Source: Psammoneis japonica (taxonomy: Eukaryota). From it: a DNA stretch of 64,000 nucleotides. The notes under the pieces were generated by a model that had not been told where the DNA came from, made no database searches, and saw only the letters and a list, made by a program, of their open reading frames with translations. The stretch covers positions 570,874 through 634,873 of the forward strand of contig QPGO01000029.1 of assembly GCA_008632985.1 (NCBI GenBank). Reading direction: 5' to 3'. The translations under genes and the position numbers were made by a program. Below, piece after piece: positions 1 to 9,576 of the stretch. The first letter of the stretch is position 1, and each line of letters opens with the position of its first letter.

Positions 1-648
1 ATCGCAAGCGTTACGAGGAGCAGATGGCCAAATACCAGCCCCCGGATAAGCAGGCCAACCGCAAGCGTAACAAGACGGGGTACAACATGTTCTTCTCCGC
101 GCATGTCCTCAGGCTTAAGCAGACCGAGGCCGGCGTGCCCTCTGAGAGAGGTTCTGTTGCTCGTCTGGTCGGAAACGCTTGGAAGGTATGTTCTCGACTC
201 TCGCTTTCAGTACCGTACTCTCTTGTTGATGTCCATTCTAACATCACTTTGTTTTGCTATTCTTGTCATACAGCAACTCTCCGCCGAGGAGAAGCAGTAC
301 TACGAGCGGGAGGCCGACAAGCAGAACGGCATGAACCCTGTCGACAAGGACGACGATGAAGAGGACGACAACGACAAGAGGCCCATGGGCGAGTATGGTC
401 ATATGCCTCCTCATGGCGAGTACGGACACATGCCTCCCCCGCCAATGGCCGGCATGCATCCACAGCACGACCCCCGTCAGCATCCCGCCTACGCTTACCC
501 AACACACCACATGCCTTATGGACAGCCTCCCTACCAGGGTCAGGGAGAGTATGCTGGTCAGCCCCGCCACTACCAAGGACGTGGATACCAGAACTACCCT
601 CCTGCGGGACAGTCTCATCCGTATGACCAGAGGGGAATGGGCATGTAA
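1..648 (+). CDS. HMG-box protein, 3' part (exons <1-185 and 274-648, intron 186-273), with Pro/His/Tyr/Gln-rich tail
   Basis: Spliced product RNKTGYNMFFS...VARLVGNAWK|QLSAEEKQYYEREADK fits an HMG box. Upstream RKRYEEQMAKY looks like the end of a preceding box. GTATGT donor and CAG acceptor are in phase. Confidence 0.85.
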   Translation: MASVTRSRWPNTSPRISRPTASVTRRGTTCSSPRMSSGLSRPRPACPLREVLLLVWSETLGRYVLDSRFQYRTLLLMSILTSLCFAILVIQQLSAEEKQYYEREADKQNGMNPVDKDDDEEDDNDKRPMGEYGHMPPHGEYGHMPPPPMAGMHPQHDPRQHPAYAYPTHHMPYGQPPYQGQGEYAGQPRHYQGRGYQNYPPAGQSHPYDQRGMGM

Positions 649-1125
649 ACTGCTGGTGTTTGTGCCGTTCTCTCTCAAGGTTGAGATTTATTTGTACTTT
701 GCATATGACGATTGTGATGAATGTGAAATCATTGAGCTTGATTCCTTCTGTTCCGTATGAATGGCATCAATCTCGAATGATTGTAGTGTGACTCTTTGAA
801 GCGCGTCTCGTTGGACTCTTTATATTGGGATTACTAGATAGGAGGGCAACACGTTGCATTGAGTTCAGTAATAACTTACTATTTGTTCGAATTGTAGTCG
901 CTCAGTTCCGTGGTAGATCGGCGGATGGATGGACGGGCCGCCGCTGGCTAGAAGATCAAACACCGCGCGTACCACATACCGGTACAGGGATATCAGCGCA
1001 CTGATAGCTGTCTCTTTCTTGTCGACGTCGGCTACCGGTACTTCAGAGGACGAGCGACACCCATTCTTTTGTTGCATTCAAGAGCCAGCAAGTTATTGCA
1101 TCGAAGCATGTCCTAATTTGTGCCG

Positions 1126-2125
1126 ATGAAACAAAATATTGGAGAGCACCTGCAGAAGCCGGAGCAGGCTGCATGCTTCTCGAACTTGTTCCGTGATGAA
1201 ACCTTCTTTTCACAGCAAGTCGGACAGTTCCTTCACATTAATGATGTAAACACTTTGAGCATGGTCAGCAAGGGTACGCAAAAGGCCATTCAGAATTTAC
1301 CAAGACCAGTGATTCGGGAAGTTAGGGAGGAGACCATGTCGGGCTTTCTGCACACACATGACGGACGTTTCATGGATGAGCCAGATGTAGAAGACGCTTT
1401 TTATGTTGTGACTCAAATCCAACCCTTTACGTTTTATTTGAACATCACCCCGCCTGGTGAAGATGAATCGAGAAAGATAAAGGTTGGGATTAAGTTGGAG
1501 AACGACGTTTGGTATGAGTATCGAACCAAAAAGATTTCGTTTGGACCGCCAAGACGGACCCGAATGCGACTTCGGGTCGAGTATCCGGAACAGTCCAACC
1601 AAGCCGGGGGGGAATATTTTTTCTGCATATCACGTCGATACGATAGATTGCTGGTATCTCTATCTTGACAGGCCCCAAGAATGCACCATCTATGATGAAG
1701 ACTCGAGGATGGATAGAAGGTCTATCGACGGCCGACAGTGGTCCGCCCGTGAACAGAGGTGTTTGCGTCTTGCCATGGACTGTGTCTACAAGTGTGCCAA
1801 GCGGATTTCCCACTGGCACGAGCAAGACTTTGAAGGATTTTATCCTACGGCCGGGTATCTGATGCGATCCTTGCCGCAGTGGATGTGGCAGTTTTTCCCC
1901 GACGACTTTGAATGGAGCGAGGACAATACCCGCGACCGCAAAACCTTTGTCCATGAGTTTTTCTATCATCACACCCCCGACGACGACGAGTGGTACGCGT
2001 GCATGCCTGAGTTTTTTGATCCGCTCCATGTCACGTACAGTTTGGAGGAGCTATCGTGGTATGCATGGAGTGATCTTTATTCTTCCGACGATCACGATTC
2101 CGTCGATCAAGATTCTGACTCGTAA
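1126..2125 (+). CDS. Hypothetical protein with F-box-like N-terminus, apparently one gene split by a frameshift near 1606-1622
   Basis: FFSQQVGQFLHINDVNTLSMVSK resembles an F-box motif. ORFs 1120-1668 and 1484-2125 can be joined at the G/T homopolymer runs to give ...GGEYFF/SAYHVDTIDCWY... Confidence 0.45.
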
Positions 2126-2794
2126 GTTAGACATGTGTTGCTATCAGGGTGGCAGCTACGGTGACGATGGAAACGGAAATTAAGCCGCATCAGATGGTAG
2201 CATATTACTTGTGCGGGATGGAATAAATGGGATGGTGGTGGTCCTGGGACAAAATGATACAAAATCAAATGGATTTGATTCCAGGGGTTACATTTTGTCT
2301 GTAAACAATGGAATAGTGTTACGTACTGTCAATCCTCCGTCTGGCAACTGCATTTTCCCGAGTGCTTTAAAGCTAATGTTCATCGAGCTCCAACCCAACA
2401 TCGAAAGCTCATTGAAAACAGTGAAATTCTGCCGTATCTTTTCTTCGTTTGAATGTTCACAAGTGTCATGCTACAGTATGGGACGAAAGCATTTGTTACG
2501 TGACGCAAACTCCGACACCAACAAAGATCGCCGAAACGAGCTACTCGATCAGGGAACTGATTCTTTCTAAGAATGCTCTGTGACTGATGCGCTGCACACT
2601 AGATTATCTCTGGAATAGAGCCCATTGTCCCCAGTGAACAGCGAAACTCCGTGAGTGGGAAAGGACCGAGACGAAAATGAGATTTGGGCCCCGGACAGTC
2701 ACCATAGGCTGAGCAAGTGAGCTTGTCCATCCACTGTCCGATGCATTGTTGCATGCCAGTTGCAATGCTTGCTTACGTTCCGTAGCTTCAGGAC

Positions 2795-3075
2795 AGTAGC
2801 TACGGCGGATAGGTCTCTAGTTTTCACTTTCTGTAGTCGCACGGTAGGACTCTACAGTAAAGCTCCAGCCAACAACGCAAGTTTCTTTCTACGAATCTAG
2901 CTCTAGCTACTAGAGGATCCTAGTCTAGAGAGAGCCTCTCTGCGGTTACCGTACGTGCCTTAGACCTTTAGAGTAGCTAGTAGCAGAGGATGGTATGAAT
3001 AAGGTAGCTACTACTCTCTACTCTCTAGTAGCTAGCGCTACTCTCTACTCTACAGTAGAGCTAAGTTTGACTATT
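2795..3075. repeat. CTAG/CTAC/GTAG/AGAG-rich low-complexity intergenic element
   Basis: For example ctagctctagctactagaggatcctagtctagagagag and ctactctctactctctagtagctagcgctactctctactctacagtagag. Confidence 0.8.
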
Positions 3076-3624
3076 AGTTTCCGACGTTGTTCCTTCGTCC
3101 CGTGGTCCGTGTGACTTCACTCTTCCCGATACCCAAGTAATATTTCATTCCTTCATGAAGGCAATCAAACAAATGTTGTTAATTACGGACGACAGTTGAA
3201 GGCTAATTTTATGTGTCACATTGCTTTTCTACACGTCATCTCGTATTCTTTTACATTGACAAGTTCTCCAATTATTCGGGCAAGCATGTTTATTTAAAAT
3301 TCTGAAGTCTTTAGAATGTTTCTACTTTAATATAAAGCTTCGGCACTTAAAACGCATAATAAAATGATGCAAGCCGCGTTCACAAGATTCAACAAACCAC
3401 GCAACGCAACATTCACAGACGACGCGACGTGTTCAGATGATATGATGCAAACACTGTGCCAAAACAGTACAGCACGTGTGAGAGTAAGTTGGTTGAGATT
3501 GCGGGATGGCCGCACAAGTTAGCGATTTCTAGTGTTCTTGTCTTTTGCGATTTTTTCGTTAAAAATCTACACTTGACGACCAGACTTGATAACGACACAC
3601 AGGCATCGGGTAAAACAAAGTACA

Positions 3625-6600
3625 ATGTCGAACGCTCCCTCTACACCCCGGAATAAACAGGATCGAGATCGTCGGAGAGTTCAAAGCACAACACCAACCA
3701 AAAGATATGGAGCAGATAGAAGGAGGATGGATCGTCTTGCTGTGTCTCCTGGGGTTTCACATGCCAAGAACTCATTTCTTCTTCCACGAATTTCTGGCGG
3801 CAGCGGTAGTTCTGTTCCACCTCGACCAGTGACCCCTTCAAACGATTTTGGGGAAGTCTCAAAACCGCCATCAACGATGAGTATTATTGACCGAATGCCG
3901 TCAACTCCTCCTCGACGGTCTTACTCGTCCAACCGATCTGTAGTAAGCGAGAGTGCTGCGATTCCTTTTGATGAAGAAATGCCGGATGACGAGAAACTCG
4001 ACAGATTCGATCATCAACAATTGAAGCGAGGTTTGCAGCAACCGTTTCTCCCAGACAATTTTGACGAAAAACCAAGGCATATGCCTCGCAGAGAAACGCG
4101 GCCATCAAAGACAGAAGCGAATCGTCTCAGTTCTCTTTTGTCCCGAGCTCGCGGTCGTGATTCTACAAATATTAGCAATGATCAGCCTCAACAAGTAGCT
4201 CACAAAGTTGATGCCGCAGATCGTGGAGGTGGCGCAGGGATCCACCAACACGTCGCAGAACAGCAATTTCACGACGACGATGTGTCATCTTTGGGTGGTA
4301 TCGAAGACTATGCTTCGACTAGCTCATCAGTAAGTCGTCTTTCTCTGGTCCTCCGCTCTCGATTAGATCCGTCTGAATTGGGGCCCGAAGAAAAAGCCTT
4401 TTGGGACAAGCTTCAACTCAAAGTTGCGCAAATGAAGATTGAGAGTCGCAACAAGATAAGGAGCCTAGAGCACGATTTGCGGGTTGCGTCAGAGAAAAAG
4501 CAGGAAGCGCAGTATGCTAAAGAAGATTTGGAGAATAAACTGTTGGAACTTAAGAAAGACTTGCAATTGACAAAGGCGAAATTACACACTCACGGTGAAC
4601 AAGCTCGGGGAAAAGGTACAGACGAAGAAACAAAGAAAAAGATCAACGAGCTTGAGCGGAAGAACAAAGAAATTTACGCACAACTTGAGGCACAACAAGA
4701 GGAACACGAGAGTGCGATTCGAGCGATCCAACGCGTATTGGCTGATGTGACAACTCAACGTGATGCACTGGCAGAAAAGTTACAGGAACAAATTGCTGAC
4801 CTTGAGAAAGAGAACAGCGACTTGAAGAAGCTGCCTCGATCTGTACCGTCAAATGTGCCTGCTTCAGACCAAGACGTAGAGACTTTGAGATCACGTGCGC
4901 ATCGAGCATCGGAGCTTGAACGCGAGATGGAAGAGCTTAAAAGTTCGCTTTCGACATCCGAAACGACGCGGGTCGAGCTCAAACAAGAACTCGAACAAAA
5001 AGGAGGAAAAGTTGCAATACTTGAACAGGAGATAAACCTTGCCAAGTCGTCGCTTGCCTCGAGCAAGGAGCGAGAAGAAGAGCTTTCTCAAACGGTAACG
5101 ACAAAGACGGCGGAAGTGAAAGAGCTCAAGCGGACAATAGAATCGATATCTTCTGGCGGTCCTAAGTCATCCGTTAATAACGATGTTGGGGACAGCTCCA
5201 GCCATCCAGAAGTAGATGTGTTGCGGGAGGAACTGAATGAGAAGCGCATTTCATTGGAGACAGCCAAAAATATAATCGCATCTCTAGAAAATGCAAATGG
5301 CTCTCTAACGACGGACTTGCGAGGCAAACTCAAGGACAAGGACGAAGAAATCACAATGCTCAAGAAGGAGATGGCGTCCGGAAAGCGCACACTGGATAAC
5401 CTTGCGACGGATTTACGCGACTTGCAGCTTCAAAAGAAACAACTACACGAAACAAAAAAGCAAGCCAGTCATGTCGCTATTCAACAACGGGCTTTGCGAA
5501 AGGATTTAAAGCAGGCTTTGTCTGAGATTCGATCGGCTACAGCGGTTCATGAGGCTGGGTCCAATAGTGGCTATGTTGATGAAGGCATTGTTGATCAGGT
5601 CTCTGCAGTTTTGGGAAATGTACTGTCTTCGTTAGAGGCGTCAATGACTGGAACACGAGCTCTGGCTGTTTCCTCGCTTGATGTCGGATCAAAAACCAAA
5701 AGTTCCTCCGTCAGCGATACAAATTTAGATGATGAAGCATCTCAGGACAGTCCAGAGGATATGAGAGCCAGATTGAGCGCTCTTGAGGACGCCCTCCACG
5801 CCAAGACTACCGAAATGGAACAGCTCTTGAACGAGACAAGTGAGAAAAGATTGGGATGGAAGGAAGAGGAAGCAAAAATGAGGGACGAAATTCATAATCT
5901 AAAGGATCAGTGTATGACGAACATGCAGGTTCTTACCAAGAAAGAACGAGAACTTGAAGTACTGAGGGACAGTCTTGAAGTCAGCGACGGAGTAGGCTAC
6001 ATTTCAGATGATGGTTCTGACGGCGAAGACGAAGAGGAAGACGGAGTTGGCCCGCTTGTGATAAACAGGACCATGAGCATCGACTCAAGTCACTATTCCT
6101 GCTCACAAGCCGAGGCAGTGGCGACTTTGTTGGTTCAAGGAGGCACTGGAATCGAAGTTACCAGTGGTGTCTCTGCTGGGCAGTTTGAGAGTCTCAAAGA
6201 AGAGCTTAAGAAGGCAAAAAATGACAAGGAAAAAGCAGCAAAGGATTTGAAACATGAGCAGGAGGCACTGGCGAATGCTAAAATGATAATTTCGTCCCTG
6301 GAACGAGCGAATAAGACAATGCTGGAGGACTTGAGATCAAGGTTACAAGATAGTAACACTGCTATTGCGTCTTTGTTGGAGAAATCGTCAGAACAGGAGA
6401 AGAAGTCATCTGCTCTTCAAGGCGAGTTAGATACGTTAAAGGAGGAGAAAGAAAAGGAAACAGACGCCCACAAGAAAGAGACGCAGAAGTTGAATGATGA
6501 ACTAGTCATGTGTACATTGAAGCTTGCCGACAAGGATCGCGAAGTCCAGGAGCTCTTGCAGCGTTTACAAAAGCATGAAGCGAGTGGATCTGCAACCACA

Positions 6601-6720
6601 GCAGTAGACGGAGGATCGACAGAAGAAACCAAGGAAGAATCGGTAGAAGAAAGCAAGGATGGTGCATCGGTGGAAGAAAGCAAGGAAGGTGCATCAGAAG
6701 AAGGCAAGGATGATAAATAA
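3625..6720 (+). CDS. Large coiled-coil protein (~1030 aa) with disordered N-terminus
   Basis: Uninterrupted ORF with first ATG at 3625 and long E/K/L heptad-rich segments. The motif LxxAKxIIxSLExAN occurs twice. Confidence 0.85.
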   Translation: MSNAPSTPRNKQDRDRRRVQSTTPTKRYGADRRRMDRLAVSPGVSHAKNSFLLPRISGGSGSSVPPRPVTPSNDFGEVSKPPSTMSIIDRMPSTPPRRSYSSNRSVVSESAAIPFDEEMPDDEKLDRFDHQQLKRGLQQPFLPDNFDEKPRHMPRRETRPSKTEANRLSSLLSRARGRDSTNISNDQPQQVAHKVDAADRGGGAGIHQHVAEQQFHDDDVSSLGGIEDYASTSSSVSRLSLVLRSRLDPSELGPEEKAFWDKLQLKVAQMKIESRNKIRSLEHDLRVASEKKQEAQYAKEDLENKLLELKKDLQLTKAKLHTHGEQARGKGTDEETKKKINELERKNKEIYAQLEAQQEEHESAIRAIQRVLADVTTQRDALAEKLQEQIADLEKENSDLKKLPRSVPSNVPASDQDVETLRSRAHRASELEREMEELKSSLSTSETTRVELKQELEQKGGKVAILEQEINLAKSSLASSKEREEELSQTVTTKTAEVKELKRTIESISSGGPKSSVNNDVGDSSSHPEVDVLREELNEKRISLETAKNIIASLENANGSLTTDLRGKLKDKDEEITMLKKEMASGKRTLDNLATDLRDLQLQKKQLHETKKQASHVAIQQRALRKDLKQALSEIRSATAVHEAGSNSGYVDEGIVDQVSAVLGNVLSSLEASMTGTRALAVSSLDVGSKTKSSSVSDTNLDDEASQDSPEDMRARLSALEDALHAKTTEMEQLLNETSEKRLGWKEEEAKMRDEIHNLKDQCMTNMQVLTKKERELEVLRDSLEVSDGVGYISDDGSDGEDEEEDGVGPLVINRTMSIDSSHYSCSQAEAVATLLVQGGTGIEVTSGVSAGQFESLKEELKKAKNDKEKAAKDLKHEQEALANAKMIISSLERANKTMLEDLRSRLQDSNTAIASLLEKSSEQEKKSSALQGELDTLKEEKEKETDAHKKETQKLNDELVMCTLKLADKDREVQELLQRLQKHEASGSATTAVDGGSTEETKEESVEESKDGASVEESKEGASEEGKDDK
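6619..6717 (+). repeat. Coding 27-nt tandem repeat (EESKDGASV-like) at the C-terminus of the coiled-coil gene
   Basis: gaagaaagcaaggatggtgcatcggtg / gaagaaagcaaggaaggtgcatca / gaagaaggcaaggat. Confidence 0.75.
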
Positions 6721-6844
6721 GCTAATGGGCTTTCTTTTGCCGGACGATGAAACTGACGCATCTGACGACGCATGCACTCTGGTGTCTTGATGATTATACT
6801 ATGGTAGACCTGTACTCTCTTGAGAGCCTGAGTCGAGTATTCTT

Positions 6845-7025
6845 AAAAATTAGGGCCCTCTATACCTAGCTGCTCTAACTACTTTAGCTACTAGTCTGGA
6901 GAGCTACTTCTGGCTACTATCGGTAGCTACTCTCTACTACTGCTACTCCTAGTCTAGAGAGAAAGTAGAAGCTACAGTGGCTTTCATGACTACGTACTCT
7001 TGCTCTAGCTAGAGAGAGACTACAC
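6845..7025. repeat. CTAG/CTAC-rich low-complexity intergenic element
   Basis: tagggccctctatacctagctgctctaactactttagctactagtctggagagctac...ctagtctagagagaaagtagaagctac. Confidence 0.75.
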
Positions 7026-7454
7026 CGAAGGAAGAATAACTACTGACGTGACCCTCTCGCTCGATCTCGCGCAGTCTTACTTCTCTGCCCAATCGTGCCA
7101 GGAACTTTCATGATGAAATAAATAATGGCGGCGGTCGTGCCTTGCATTGGCATTCTGTATATTTGCATAAATATTTCTTGATAATATTATTAGAGTAACG
7201 TGTATTCAAGAGACATAATTATGTGATAGTAAAAATTCATCCTACTATTTAGTTTGAAAATAGTAATATTCGCTTAATCTCTAAGTGACTCCGATGTTTT
7301 GAATATATATGGTGTTGAATATATTTCAATAATTTGATTTTCCTCTGCTGTCTTGATGGCGATTTTGCTTTGATCTTTGCTAGTGTTGTTGTGGCTGCGG
7401 CTTTCATGCATTGCCATTGTGTATATCGTGTCAGCAATATCCAAGACGCAAGAC

Positions 7455-9341
7455 ATGTCAAGGACAGCGGCATTAAGTCAGTATCTTGGTACACTGGACG
7501 AGCCAAGTAGGTACGAAGTCTCCAAACAAGATTCGAACGAGAGCAGCTCGAAGGAAAACAAGCCGCAGCCAATGAAACACAACTCAGAGGCGGTGCCTTC
7601 TAGCGGCAGCATGACAAGTCACAAGGTTGTTGTAGCTCCCTCTTCGCTAGGTATGAGCGTTCGCGATATCGTTTCTTCACGTAATAAACTTCCTGATGGA
7701 CGCCCACGAAGCAGAAGTGCAGGCCGTGCCCCGATGCGTTCGTCGCGAGATATTGTTCAGGACGTTTATTCACGAATGGGTGTGGAATATCCCAATGCTA
7801 ACGACACAACTCTTAACGAAAGAAATAATACGTCAAGAGACAGAGAAAGCCGGTCGCATGCTCCACAGCGCTCTCGAGGTGGCGAAATTCCAGTACAAGA
7901 AAAGCCACAGCAGCAACAAACAACGCAGACGAGTGAACAACAAGCTTCAGGAACGCCTTCTTCGGGAGTCACCAAAAAAGCCGACGCGTTCCATGAGCGC
8001 TATCGTGCTGCAGCTGCTCTCTCCTCCTCTCGTGGACGCAATGGAGAAGCAGCAGTTCCTGAACGACGATCAAGGTCTCTTGGCAGGCAGTGGCCTCCAG
8101 GCCGACCCACCCAGTCGGCGGCAGAAACACCTTCAACTCCAGCAGCAGCAGCAGCAGCAGCAACGTTTGCAGAAGTCCAGCCTGTGTCAGCGGCAGAACT
8201 AATGGAAAAAACAAAGAGTACAGGACCGAAGCATGCTGCGCCCTCATCGCCGGCTAGAAATGATAGATACAGTAGTGGAAGAGTAAGTCCGAGCTACCCT
8301 TCTTGGAAAAAAGCTGCGCCAGTCCTTAGCGTCAATACAAATCTACCTCCAGAACCGGTAGAGAACAAGGATGACAAGAACGAGGAATCTGTTGATTCTA
8401 CGGAAAAGGAAGATCAGCTTCGTGATATGCCACCCCCTGGTTCTGTCCGGGATCGGCTCAGTGCATATTCAGGTGCAGCCAAGGGGAAGAACTCGAGACA
8501 CTTTCCGAAACCACACCCGTCTCACTACGCGTCGAAACGTGACTATCCTCCCAAAATCGACATTTACGAGGAGATTCGCAAAGTAGAGGAAGCAGAAAGT
8601 GAGCATCGTTTCACTGGGAAAGTTGAACAAGAGAGCCCGGCTGTCCCAGCTCCAGAAGTCAACAAAACTTCTCCTCCTGCCGCAGTTGAAAGCCGTGCCA
8701 ATGGTAGCTCGAATGTTGCTTCTGCGTACAACACCACCAAGCCTCAATCGGGGACTACTACTATGAAGTCTCCTCCGAGCCCTCGTAGTACCAAGCACTC
8801 GTCTTCTGGCGTTGCTGGCGCATTCCTAGCGGCCATCAACAACAGTTCGCAGTCGGTGACAAGTAAACCAAAGAAAACGTACAACAGTGTACCCGTTCCC
8901 GAGGTTGCCGCACCAGTGGATGCTCCACCAGATAACACTTCTGTTCTCTCCGCTCTTTCGGGAGACGAGTTTCTTCAGTCACCAAACCTTGGACGTGATG
9001 GCGGATTTACGCAGAAGACGGCTACAAAGCCTACAACATGGTCGGAAAGAAACAAGCTCGCTTCCTATCAAAAGTTGAATAGTCCAACCAACGGTCCCAG
9101 GAAGAGTCCAGTGAATGGTGGTAACATGTCGTCTGCTGACTTGCAGAAGCTTGTGGACGAGCGTGTCCAAGCGCAAGTACGAGTTTTGCAAACAAGAATT
9201 GAACAACTGGAAGCGAGTATGGAAGAACGAATGAAGAGTCATATGGAGCAAATGGAAGCAAAGATTGACGCGAGAACGGAGGAAATTCTCTCCACAATTA
9301 TCAATATGCTGAATGGCAAGAACCCACGCAACCATCGTTAA
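7455..9341 (+). CDS. Ser/Pro/Arg-rich disordered protein with C-terminal coiled coil
   Basis: Long ORF with first ATG at 7455, a (GCA)n poly-Ala run and a heptad C-terminus LQKLVDERVQAQVRVLQTRIEQLEASMEERM. Confidence 0.75.
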   Translation: MSRTAALSQYLGTLDEPSRYEVSKQDSNESSSKENKPQPMKHNSEAVPSSGSMTSHKVVVAPSSLGMSVRDIVSSRNKLPDGRPRSRSAGRAPMRSSRDIVQDVYSRMGVEYPNANDTTLNERNNTSRDRESRSHAPQRSRGGEIPVQEKPQQQQTTQTSEQQASGTPSSGVTKKADAFHERYRAAAALSSSRGRNGEAAVPERRSRSLGRQWPPGRPTQSAAETPSTPAAAAAAATFAEVQPVSAAELMEKTKSTGPKHAAPSSPARNDRYSSGRVSPSYPSWKKAAPVLSVNTNLPPEPVENKDDKNEESVDSTEKEDQLRDMPPPGSVRDRLSAYSGAAKGKNSRHFPKPHPSHYASKRDYPPKIDIYEEIRKVEEAESEHRFTGKVEQESPAVPAPEVNKTSPPAAVESRANGSSNVASAYNTTKPQSGTTTMKSPPSPRSTKHSSSGVAGAFLAAINNSSQSVTSKPKKTYNSVPVPEVAAPVDAPPDNTSVLSALSGDEFLQSPNLGRDGGFTQKTATKPTTWSERNKLASYQKLNSPTNGPRKSPVNGGNMSSADLQKLVDERVQAQVRVLQTRIEQLEASMEERMKSHMEQMEAKIDARTEEILSTIINMLNGKNPRNHR

Positions 9342-9576
9342 TGACGTTGTCATGTCGTGTTTAATTATGTGTAATCTTGAGTGTAACAGTGTTTTTATGT
9401 ACATAAAGGGGTCAGATTTGACTAATATACTTCACTCTACTACTTAGTGTATGTGTAGGGCCCTACTATACCGAGCAACGTTCGTGTCCTGAGTGCTACG
9501 AGTACACTTTTTGTTTGTGTTGGTTTCAACAGCTTCTTCACCCTACCGTGCTAGGCGGTTCACGACGGAGGCAACA

